Origin: an uncultured Bacteroidales bacterium
GTDB lineage: Bacteria; Bacteroidota; Bacteroidia; Bacteroidales; UBA3824
Direction: 5' to 3'
Assembly: GCA_937877455.1 (NCBI GenBank)
Contig: CALFIU010000189.1
Location: 28,852 to 92,851 of the forward strand
Length of the DNA stretch: 64,000 nucleotides
Below are positions 47,516 through 53,991 of this stretch, piece by piece. Both the position numbers and the translations under genes were made by a program. Positions within the stretch are counted from its first letter, which is position 1. Each line of letters begins with the position of its first letter. Below the pieces are notes generated by a model that ran no database searches, was not told where the DNA came from, and saw only the letters and a program-made list of their open reading frames with translations.

Positions 47516-47588
47516 TAGAAGGAGAAGGAGTCGAACCTTCCGCAGCTGCTTTATAAGAACAGCCCCATCGCCGCTTGGGTATCCTTCC
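47516..47588 (-). tRNA. tRNA-Ile (anticodon TAT)
   Basis: GGAAGGA/TCCTTCT acceptor (G1-U72), anticodon arm CTGTT-CTTATAA-AGCAG, and T arm GAAGG-TTCGACT-CCTTC. Confidence 0.75.
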
Positions 47589-47936
47589 AAACATAATCAA
47601 TACCAATTCTCCTCGTCAATAATTACTCAATCACCGAAACACTGTTAGTTGGTTTGCGTTGCCTTCTTCACCGAATGGCTACTTAATCCACATCCACGCC
47701 TCATTATCGGCGATTTGAATTGATATTGATTTGTCCGTATTGACTCGTCCTGTTTTCAGCCCCAACAGTCAGACCACCATCACGCACGATAGGCAGAACC
47801 AATCAACCGATACTCGTACACTGTTGCGTTTTATAGTATATTAGTAAATCTGGTGCGTCAGTCATCATAAGTGAATAAGTATATATCATTTCAACTTATT
47901 CCATCCTTGTCTACGGATGTTTTACTTATTTCTGAT
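47589..47936 (-). ncRNA. ORF-free, relatively GC-richer ~350-nt segment inside the tRNA array; candidate large structured RNA
   Basis: No minus-strand ORF. Several local and long-range complementarities, including CATCC..GGATG, GAATAAGT..ACTTATTC and CAACAGT..ACTGTTG. Confidence 0.3.
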
Positions 47937-48017
47937 TGCGGTGATTAGGATTCGAACCTATACCTCGCCCACGTTTCCCATGTCTACAGGCGTATGCTGC
48001 CTCTTACAACACACCGC
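47937..48017 (-). tRNA. Aberrant tRNA-like gene (normal acceptor and T arm, enlarged ~15-nt anticodon loop)
   Basis: GCGGTGT/TCACCGC acceptor and T arm ATAGG-TTCGAAT-CCTAA. The stem CGCC(TG)/(TG)GGCG closes the loop TAGACATGGGAAACG. Confidence 0.45.
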
Positions 48018-48151
48018 TTTTCAGTTATTCCATACCTTTGCATTTGTCCTATGGTTAGCTACACCATCGCCACCCTCACACTATTGCTAATCTTTCCCTC
48101 GATGCTATTCTTTGGATAACCTTTCTGAATTATTCGCGATATAATTCATAG

Positions 48152-48233
48152 TGCGGATAAAGGGATTTGCACCCTTACGCCATTCGGCATGGAATTTTAA
48201 GTTCCACATGTCTGCTTGTTCCATCATATCCGC
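48152..48233 (-). tRNA. tRNA-Leu (anticodon TAA), class II
   Basis: GCGGATA/TATCCGC acceptor, anticodon arm TGGAA-CTTAAAA-TTCCA, a long variable arm, and T arm AAGGG-TGCAAAT-CCCTT. Confidence 0.85.
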
Positions 48234-49004
48234 TTATATGGTGTTCCATTCATAGTCTGATATTCTTTTTATTTCAGAAGAATGATATGGCAAGTTATAT
48301 GATTTGCACCATTTTCTTATAGAATTGTCACTAACACCATAATTTTTCCCAATTTGTAAAAATGAATGATGTCTAATCATGTGCTTTAAGACATCTCTTT
48401 CTGGCTTTTTGCTTATGGCACTATATCTCTTTTTAACTTCACACGATTTACATCTTTTTGCATGTCTACTTATTTCTTTTCCACAATCGGCACAATAATT
48501 TTTAGAATCAATTTTATTTCCTATATGACTATCATGATTCGTAACGACATGTTCATATTTTCTTTTTGCACGACCACGATAGTTATCTGTTAACGCGTGG
48601 CAATTTGGACACAAAACCTTTAAGTTGCTCAAATTATTATTAAAATGATTTCCGTCTACATGATGGAGTTCAAGAGGAATCTGAACACCTTGCCAATATT
48701 CTAAACCGCAATTTTCACATTTCATATTTTTGATACCTTCTTTAATCAATCTATTTTTTAATGAAAGTGATTTAATTGGTTTTTCGTTATTCAAGAAAAT
48801 TTCAATTGGCAATTGTTTCCTATTACAACTATAACCTTTATGTGATTTATTTCCTTCATAATTAATACCAAGCACATTTAAATACTTGTTTAATGTCGTT
48901 GATTTACATGAAAGCTCTCTGCAAATATATTGTTTAGACCTATTTTCTGAAATCCATTTTAAAATATCATCTTTTCTTTCTAATATATCCTTTCTTTGTT
49001 TCAT
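48234..49004 (-). CDS. HNH homing endonuclease embedded in the tRNA array
   Basis: CENCG...LELHHVDGNHFNNNLSNLKVLCPNCH plus C-terminal HTH-like repeats. Its stop codon abuts the tRNA-Leu(TAA) 5' end. Confidence 0.8.
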   Translation of the reverse strand: MKQRKDILERKDDILKWISENRSKQYICRELSCKSTTLNKYLNVLGINYEGNKSHKGYSCNRKQLPIEIFLNNEKPIKSLSLKNRLIKEGIKNMKCENCGLEYWQGVQIPLELHHVDGNHFNNNLSNLKVLCPNCHALTDNYRGRAKRKYEHVVTNHDSHIGNKIDSKNYCADCGKEISRHAKRCKSCEVKKRYSAISKKPERDVLKHMIRHHSFLQIGKNYGVSDNSIRKWCKSYNLPYHSSEIKRISDYEWNTI

Positions 49005-49194
49005 TAAATATTCACTGACGAGTTAATATATTTTTTTTTAAAGTGTAAAGACCTTTACAATAAACTTTACACGTATTTTGTTTAGCGCTTAAAAGTAAAC
49101 CAAATGACAACATACACACTGAAACACAAAGCACAAATCTATCTTTAGGAGGAGATACACCATGTAGCGCTAAATCAGGTTTTAGAAGTTTGAA

Positions 49195-49320
49195 CGGCGA
49201 GGACAGGACTCGAACCTGCGACCTACGGCGTTTAAGGCATAATATTAAAATTGCTGTGTGTATCTTAACAAGATACGTTGTTTGTTTTTACGTTGCTCTA
49301 ACCGACTGGGCTACCTCGCC
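49195..49320 (-). tRNA. tRNA body (Asn-like GTT stem-loop) with extra sequence on both sides of the anticodon hairpin
   Basis: Has the GGCGAGG/CCTCGCC acceptor, U8A9, D arm GCCC-AGTCGGTTA-GAGC and T arm GCAGG-TTCGAGT-CCTGT. The centre is A/C-rich linker, then GTATC-TTGTTAA-GATAC, then ACACAGCAAU plus 26 nt. Confidence 0.6.
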
Positions 49321-49387
49321 GACATAGTGGATATGGCATGGAATAATCCAAGGTAAGAACCCATATCCACTTTACATATGAGTGTTC

Positions 49388-49438
49388 TAAGCGCTTATAC
49401 CCTTATCTGCTAATGGTTATAATTGCTGTTGGCGCTTA
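49388..49438 (-). ncRNA. ACAGCAA-box structured RNA, stand-alone copy (helix TAAGCGC/GCGCTTA)
   Basis: The closing helix, the CA-ACAGCAA box and a second helix TTATAACC/GGGTATAA with a 12-nt loop. Confidence 0.55.
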
Positions 49439-49447
49439 AATTTATAT

Positions 49448-50947
49448 TTACAGTAATCCTTCTACAGCTTCTCTTACTTTCGCATAGCGTTCTCCATTCA
49501 GCGTTTCAAGAAGAACTTTGTAAGGATCGACCTGATTGCTCATGAACATCTTCAGAATTTGAACCGAAAATCCACTGCAAAGAATAAGTCCCATGTCATT
49601 CTGTTGCATCGGAATTGTTCCGTTTAATCTACCACTTAAATTCCAGAAACAAATCCTCGGAAGTTTATATCCTGCATCCTCAAACTCCTGCGCAATTTCG
49701 TCAAACAGGCTCTTGTTAAGATTATGAGAATGACCGTCAAACTGCATGTCAGAACAAATCACAATCATCTTTGGCATATCTTCCGCAGAAGTATGATTTC
49801 TTTTTGCTGTTTTCAGGATTAGCATCATAGTCTTATAGATGTCTGTATTTGAACAATCTGACTCGCGCAAGGAAAGATCGATTTTATCTGCAAGCGAATA
49901 ACAATTCGACAGATCGACAATCTTCGGATTGGACGAAAAAGTGACGAACTTATTTTTCCAATCACCTGTATTATGTTCGGACATATAGATTGCAAGCGCG
50001 GTTGCTACATCCAAAGGTGTACCACTTCCTGCAAAACTTCCCCATGTCATAGAACCAGAACCATCACGAACAATCAGTGTGTTCTCTACAGACAAGTCAG
50101 GAAGAGCTTTCCATAGTGCTTCGAGCGTTGCGTCATTTCTGCATCTATTCTGGCGATACTTCAGGCAGATCTCGTGAGGATTAAGTGTACTTGCGTTAAT
50201 CTTTACAGTTCCTTTTTCAAGTGATGCAAGATATTCGCGTCTACGATCTTCATCGTTACGGAGAAACGCGCCGTTGTATATCAGATTAGCCTTAGAAGGC
50301 ACAGACTCGTAATTGATTTTATCCCACTTTTTAGCACTCATCTTGACTTCGACAACATCAAGATATTTTCTAAGTTTGGACAAAGTCTTTCTGTACTTCT
50401 TTTCTGTCCATCCAAGTTCACGGCAAATCAGTTTTGCTCTATCAACTGTTATCTTGGATGATGCATTAACACTCGGCATCCACTTCGCGCACAACGAAAT
50501 CGACTTGCCTTCTTTCATGTTCGCTTTATCTTCTTTCAGCTGCGCCTTGATTAAAGCGATTGCCTTTCCTCTCGTTCTTTCATCATCGAGCATAACCATG
50601 ACGCTATCCCAACGATTATAGAACGGAATAAGATCAACAATAGCTTTTGCAATTTTCGGCTGTTTCTCTGCAAGATAACTTAAACCAGCTCTGAAAGCTT
50701 TTCTCTCGCCAAGCCCTTCACGGACATCGCCAAGATAGAAAAGATATTCAAGTGCAGTCAGCTTATCCTCGAAGAAAACCTTCATGAAATCTTCCTTGAT
50801 TGCTTCGGGAAATCTGTTTCGCATAGCGGATACGCCAAAGTTGAAATCAAGAAGTTTCTTTCCTGCTGTCGCATAAGCGATCGCGCCGTTTGTGGTTACT
50901 GATTTTTGAGTGTTCAATTCATTTTGCATTTCATCGAAGAAACTCAT
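49448..50947 (-). CDS. Ro60-like TROVE/vWA protein (DUF2828-type)
   Basis: N-terminus TTNGAIAYATAG..LLDF...LFYLGDVREGLGERKAF (TROVE/DUF2828-like). C-terminal vWA MIDAS motif RDGSGSM. Confidence 0.65.
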   Translation of the reverse strand: MSFFDEMQNELNTQKSVTTNGAIAYATAGKKLLDFNFGVSAMRNRFPEAIKEDFMKVFFEDKLTALEYLFYLGDVREGLGERKAFRAGLSYLAEKQPKIAKAIVDLIPFYNRWDSVMVMLDDERTRGKAIALIKAQLKEDKANMKEGKSISLCAKWMPSVNASSKITVDRAKLICRELGWTEKKYRKTLSKLRKYLDVVEVKMSAKKWDKINYESVPSKANLIYNGAFLRNDEDRRREYLASLEKGTVKINASTLNPHEICLKYRQNRCRNDATLEALWKALPDLSVENTLIVRDGSGSMTWGSFAGSGTPLDVATALAIYMSEHNTGDWKNKFVTFSSNPKIVDLSNCYSLADKIDLSLRESDCSNTDIYKTMMLILKTAKRNHTSAEDMPKMIVICSDMQFDGHSHNLNKSLFDEIAQEFEDAGYKLPRICFWNLSGRLNGTIPMQQNDMGLILCSGFSVQILKMFMSNQVDPYKVLLETLNGERYAKVREAVEGLL

Positions 50948-50987
50948 AATTGCTTTACCTCTCTCTTCTTAGTTTGTGGTTGCAATT

Positions 50988-51053
50988 CAAGGCACTGGTT
51001 TTGGTTGTAAGATTAAAAGTCTTATCCATAATTGTGGTTGCTGTATGTGCCTT
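50988..51053 (-). ncRNA. T-arm-less mini tRNA-like RNA displaying a Lys(UUU) anticodon stem-loop (ACAGCAA-box family)
   Basis: Reads AAGGCAC-AU-ACAGCAACCACAATTATGGA-[TAAGA-CTTTTAA-TCTTA]-CAACCAAAACCA-GTGCCTT-G. Confidence 0.6.
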
Positions 51054-51061
51054 AAATATAT

Positions 51062-51178
51062 AGCGCACGATTGGATTCGAACCAATGACACGATTTTTTG
51101 TTTGTTTAATTGCTGATTGCGATTATCACTAACCACGTTTAACAAGTTAAATTGCACTACCAACTGTGCTACGTGCGC
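51062..51178 (-). tRNA. tRNA body with ~50-nt insertion in the anticodon loop region
   Basis: Has the GCGCACG/CGTGCGC acceptor, U8A9, D arm GCAC-AGTTGGTA-GTGC and T arm ATTGG-TTCGAAT-CCAAT. The insert carries AU-CAGCAAU. Confidence 0.6.
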
Positions 51179-51193
51179 CATCCCTTTCGGGAA

Positions 51194-51349
51194 AAGCAGC
51201 GACAGGAATCGAACCTATGACTGCGGCTTGCCTCGGTAAATTTGCTGTATGTTTCTTTAATTCCCCAACTCTAACTCGTCTGTGCGGTTACTCTTGGTGG
51301 TAACAAGAAACATTTTTATGCCGCCGTGATCCCACTTCACTACGCCACT
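51194..51349 (-). tRNA. tRNA body with ~85-nt insertion inside the anticodon loop
   Basis: Reads AGTGGCG-UA-GTGA-AGTGGGA-TCAC-G-GCGGC[92 nt]GCCGC-AGTC-ATAGG-TTCGATT-CCTGT-CGCTGCT-T. The insert holds the GTTTCTT...AAGAAAC helix and AU-ACAGCAA. Confidence 0.7.
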
Positions 51350-51352
51350 TCG

Positions 51353-51476
51353 CCCATCGTGAAGGATTCGAACCTTCCCCTCAAGTTTTCCAGACTTGTA
51401 ATTGATATGTAATATTGCTGCAAGCGCTTCACTAAACGCACAATCAAAAGATGTGCTACCGCTACACCAACGATGG
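51353..51476 (-). tRNA. tRNA body with ~53-nt insertion between the D arm and the anticodon arm
   Basis: Has the CCATCGT/ACGATGG acceptor, D arm GTGT-AGCGGTA-GCAC, anticodon arm CAAGT-CTGGAAA-ACTTG and T arm GAAGG-TTCGAAT-CCTTC. The insert holds the hairpin GCGTTT-AGTG-AAGCGC followed by UU-GCAGCAAU. Confidence 0.6.
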
Positions 51477-51491
51477 GATATTTAATTTTTA

Positions 51492-51558
51492 CAAGACACT
51501 GAAATGGTAATATAAGTTAACAGCTTATTCCTCTTTCATTTATTGCTGTTTGTGTCTT
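51492..51558 (-). ncRNA. T-arm-less mini tRNA-like RNA displaying an Asn(GUU) anticodon stem-loop (ACAGCAA-box family)
   Basis: Reads AAGACAC-AA-ACAGCAATAAATGAAAGAGGA-[ATAAG-CTGTTAA-CTTAT]-ATTACCATTTCA-GTGTCTT-G. Confidence 0.6.
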
Positions 51559-51570
51559 TCATTTTTAACA

Positions 51571-51661
51571 CAAGGCACTTTATTTTGATGGACTTGAACC
51601 ATCTCGCAAAGACTTACAATGTATTTACTTTATCCGATGTTAAGTTTGCTGTATGTGCCTT
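51571..51661 (-). ncRNA. ACAGCAA-box RNA with a canonical T arm (Y-RNA/tRNA-like hybrid)
   Basis: Reads AAGGCAC-AU-ACAGCAA..., then TAAAG[16-nt loop]CTTTG, then GATGG-TTCAAGT-CCATC, then AAAATAAA-GTGCCTT-G. Confidence 0.55.
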
Positions 51662-51666
51662 TCTTG

Positions 51667-51732
51667 TTATCTTGCAATACCTATTATAGCATGCCGTTTA
51701 TGGTTTTGCAAGTGTTATTTTGTATTATTTCT
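51667..51732 (-). promoter_or_regulatory. Motif-bracketed promoter inside the RNA array: AATAATACAAAATAA-N3-TTGCAA-N17-TATAAT-N7-GCAAGATAA
   Basis: The minus strand reads GAAATAATACAAAATAACACTTGCAAAACCATAAACGGCATGCTATAATAGGTATTGCAAGATAA. Confidence 0.7.
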
Positions 51733-51765
51733 AATACTTTTTGAATGTCAACAACAACGGCAACG

Positions 51766-51838
51766 TGCGCCAGATGGGATTTGAACCCATGACTTTTCGA
51801 TTAAAAGTCGAATACTCTACCATCTGAGTTACTGGCGC
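51766..51838 (-). tRNA. tRNA-Lys (anticodon TTT)
   Basis: GCGCCAG/CTGGCGC acceptor, D arm ACTC-AGATGGTA-GAGT, anticodon arm TTCGA-CTTTTAA-TCGAA, and T arm ATGGG-TTCAAAT-CCCAT. Confidence 0.9.
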
Positions 51839-51842
51839 TTAA

Positions 51843-51913
51843 CAACCCCTGATGGAGTCGAACCATCACATACAGGGTCAAAGCCTGTTTCGCTACCGTT
51901 ACGATAAGGGGCT
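51843..51913 (-). tRNA. tRNA-Gln (anticodon TTG)
   Basis: AGCCCCT/AGGGGTT acceptor, anticodon arm ACAGG-CTTTGAC-CCTGT, and T arm GATGG-TTCGACT-CCATC. Confidence 0.8.
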
Positions 51914-52042
51914 AAAAAGTATTGCGTTTGTCGAAAGTTTATGTTATCATATATGAGCCATCATTAGTTTGATGTGCTTTGTGTATGTGGTAGGGAGTTG
52001 GCTTTAAGCCTTCTCCCTATCTTTATTTCCTTCAACTCTTAT

Positions 52043-52092
52043 AGTGTACCACACGCGCAAATATTCGTCAAGCGTTTTTTTGCATTATTTTT
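52043..52092 (-). promoter_or_regulatory. Promoter of the tRNA/RNA array: AATAATGCAAAAAAA-N3-TTGACG-N17-TACACT (TG-extended)
   Basis: The minus strand reads AAAAATAATGCAAAAAAACGCTTGACGAATATTTGCGCGTGTGGTACACT. Confidence 0.65.
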
Positions 52093-52095
52093 AAT

Positions 52096-52470
52096 TTAAT
52101 CACAGTACCCTGTTATAAGCTCGATCCCATATTTATTAAGAACCTTTTCAACTGCATCCCAATAGTATCTTCCACAATCTTCGTTATCTATAACGAATAC
52201 GTTCTCATATTTCTTATCATTTGTATTAACAGTCCAATAACACACTTCGTAAGGTTCATCTACATATTCTTTAATTCTGAAGTGACCGATTCCGTCGCCG
52301 CTAACATCAGACCAGTCATATTCATCATAATCGTCATCGCGCCAATGTTTAGCTTCTTCGTTCGCCATTTCCAGAAGAATATCGAGTAACCGTCCGTGTG
52401 TCACTTTATCTCTGGAAATAATGAAACTACTTGAGCTACTATTCGTCACAAAATCTTTTCTAATTTTCAT
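52096..52470 (-). CDS. Ser-tract family paralog C (start reassigned to MKIRKDFVTNSSSSSF)
   Basis: Shares the invariant N-terminus with 53096-53563 and 53560-53991. Confidence 0.55.
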   Translation of the reverse strand: MKIRKDFVTNSSSSSFIISRDKVTHGRLLDILLEMANEEAKHWRDDDYDEYDWSDVSGDGIGHFRIKEYVDEPYEVCYWTVNTNDKKYENVFVIDNEDCGRYYWDAVEKVLNKYGIELITGYCD

Positions 52471-53083
52471 TCTTTTCCACCATAGTATCAATAATATAAT
52501 AAAACGATTGATATATAAGTATCCCCCCAATAGCATTAAATAAAATATTTAACAGTAAATATCTAAGTACATTCAAATTGAATAATCCAGCAACAGAAAA
52601 ATAAAACACGTTTGCTATGCAATGTTCAAATCCGCAAAATACGAAGATAGAAGTTGCCATCCATAGAATAATTGTTCTAAATATATGCGAAACATTCTCG
52701 TTCTTAAATGTATCAACGGCAATAAAGAGCAAGACATTACACATAATAGCAAGAGGAATAATTTCCCATCCCTCGGTGAGTTTGCTTCTGCAAATTTCCA
52801 TCGCACTAACAATTAGTGTTGGCTTGGCATATCCGAAAACAATTCCCATAAGTGTTGCACCAACAATATTTCCAAAAAGAATTAAAATCAATTTTGGTAT
52901 GCCAGATATCCCGGCGATATATGGCGCTTTTCCTGTAAACAAATTTAAATGATACGCGCAAACAATCAGTAATCCTATAGGGAATAATAAAGCTTGTTTA
53001 GTACACAGGTAAGCTATTGCTCCGATAGATATTGCCACTCCTGCCCATATAGAACTTATAAATATTTCTAGTTTATCTTTCAT
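52460..53083 (-). CDS. Formate/nitrite transporter (FNT)-like membrane protein
   Basis: Six hydrophobic segments. CGFEHCIANVFYF resembles the FNT signature GFEHSIANM. Confidence 0.5.
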   Translation of the reverse strand: MKDKLEIFISSIWAGVAISIGAIAYLCTKQALLFPIGLLIVCAYHLNLFTGKAPYIAGISGIPKLILILFGNIVGATLMGIVFGYAKPTLIVSAMEICRSKLTEGWEIIPLAIMCNVLLFIAVDTFKNENVSHIFRTIILWMATSIFVFCGFEHCIANVFYFSVAGLFNLNVLRYLLLNILFNAIGGILIYQSFYYIIDTMVEKNEN

Positions 53084-53095
53084 TAAACCCCTCCA

Positions 53096-53563
53096 TTAAT
53101 GATGGCTGAACCGTTGGATAGTGCAATCAAGCCTCGGCATAACTTCATGCTCAAGATCTCCGTCTACATGATCGCTATATTCAACCAAAGAAAGATATTC
53201 TAAACCTTCTATCTTCTGTTTAAATTCCGAAAACCATACATTTACCCTTTCTTTCACAGCGTTTTCAAATGCGGTTTTGTTTTCTGGCGCTTCAATCCAA
53301 TTATAAAATTCGCGCCATCCGAGTTTTCTTTCATATTCACGTTCAATAATAAATCGCGCATCCCAATACATTTCATCCTTAAATATATGCAGCGCTTCAT
53401 CTTTTGAAATATGGTTTTTCAAAATATCTTTAAGAACACGGTCGAAATTTCTACCGATATATAATTCGTTGCCGAGTTGTTCTTTTACATCATCTTTTGA
53501 TTTAAACCCTACGATGAAGCTACTGCTGCTTGAATTGGTCACATAATCCGTTCTGATTCTCAT
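53096..53563 (-). CDS. Ser-tract family paralog B (MRIRTDYVTNSSSSSF...)
   Basis: Conserved N-terminal 16-mer. 4-nt overlap with paralog A. Confidence 0.55.
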   Translation of the reverse strand: MRIRTDYVTNSSSSSFIVGFKSKDDVKEQLGNELYIGRNFDRVLKDILKNHISKDEALHIFKDEMYWDARFIIEREYERKLGWREFYNWIEAPENKTAFENAVKERVNVWFSEFKQKIEGLEYLSLVEYSDHVDGDLEHEVMPRLDCTIQRFSHH

Positions 53564-53991
53564 TCATGTTCTCCTAACAATACGACAAAATCATCTGACT
53601 CTAACTCATAAAATAAATCTTCTCGATAGTCACCATATCCCACATTTTTAGTTAAAATTTTATATCCTTCTTCCATCTTTTTAACGCACTTTTTGTAAAT
53701 ACTTCTAACCCAAGAATCCTCTTTGCATAATTCTTCAAATGTTCTGTAGCCATATCCATAACTCTCGAATAAATGTCGGCGCAAATCTATCAAGTTTTCA
53801 AAAACTTCTGTTTCTGTTGTTTCATATGACGCGCTATTATTTCCAAAAATTGCATCCTTCACAATTTTCTGATAAGATTCAAGAAATGGATATTTTGTTA
53901 TTGTGTCCTCATCAATATTAGGTAATCCTTTGAACGCAATAACAAAACTGCTACTACTCGAATTAGTTACAAAGTCATTTCTGATTTTCAT
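53560..53991 (-). CDS. Ser-tract family paralog A (MKIRNDFVTNSSSSSF...)
   Basis: Conserved N-terminal 16-mer. Confidence 0.55.
   Translation of the reverse strand: MKIRNDFVTNSSSSSFVIAFKGLPNIDEDTITKYPFLESYQKIVKDAIFGNNSASYETTETEVFENLIDLRRHLFESYGYGYRTFEELCKEDSWVRSIYKKCVKKMEEGYKILTKNVGYGDYREDLFYELESDDFVVLLGEHE

Noticed and set aside
47400-47648. 82-aa plus-strand ORF in the tRNA array
   Set aside because: It is antisense to tRNA-Ile and the ACAGCAA-box RNA, on the opposite strand to every real gene in this 58-kb block, and has no RBS.
47937-48017. Aberrant tRNA-like gene considered as tRNA-Sec, a suppressor tRNA or a tmRNA 3' domain
   Set aside because: It has no UCA or stop-complementary anticodon in a 7-nt loop. 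The acceptor partner is only 81 nt away (tRNA-sized, not tmRNA). The 8/5 or 9/4 Sec geometry is absent.
50987-51181. 64-aa minus-strand ORF from the six-frame track
   Set aside because: It lies entirely over two RNA genes: the mini tRNA-like RNA at 50988-51053 and the interrupted tRNA body at 51062-51178. It has no RBS, and its low-complexity translation looks like an artefact.
51353-51476. Calling the interrupted tRNA with a CTGGAAA loop a functional tRNA-Ser(GGA)
   Set aside because: The body is class I, with a 4-nt variable region. Bacterial SerRS recognises the long variable arm, so the amino-acid identity is left open.
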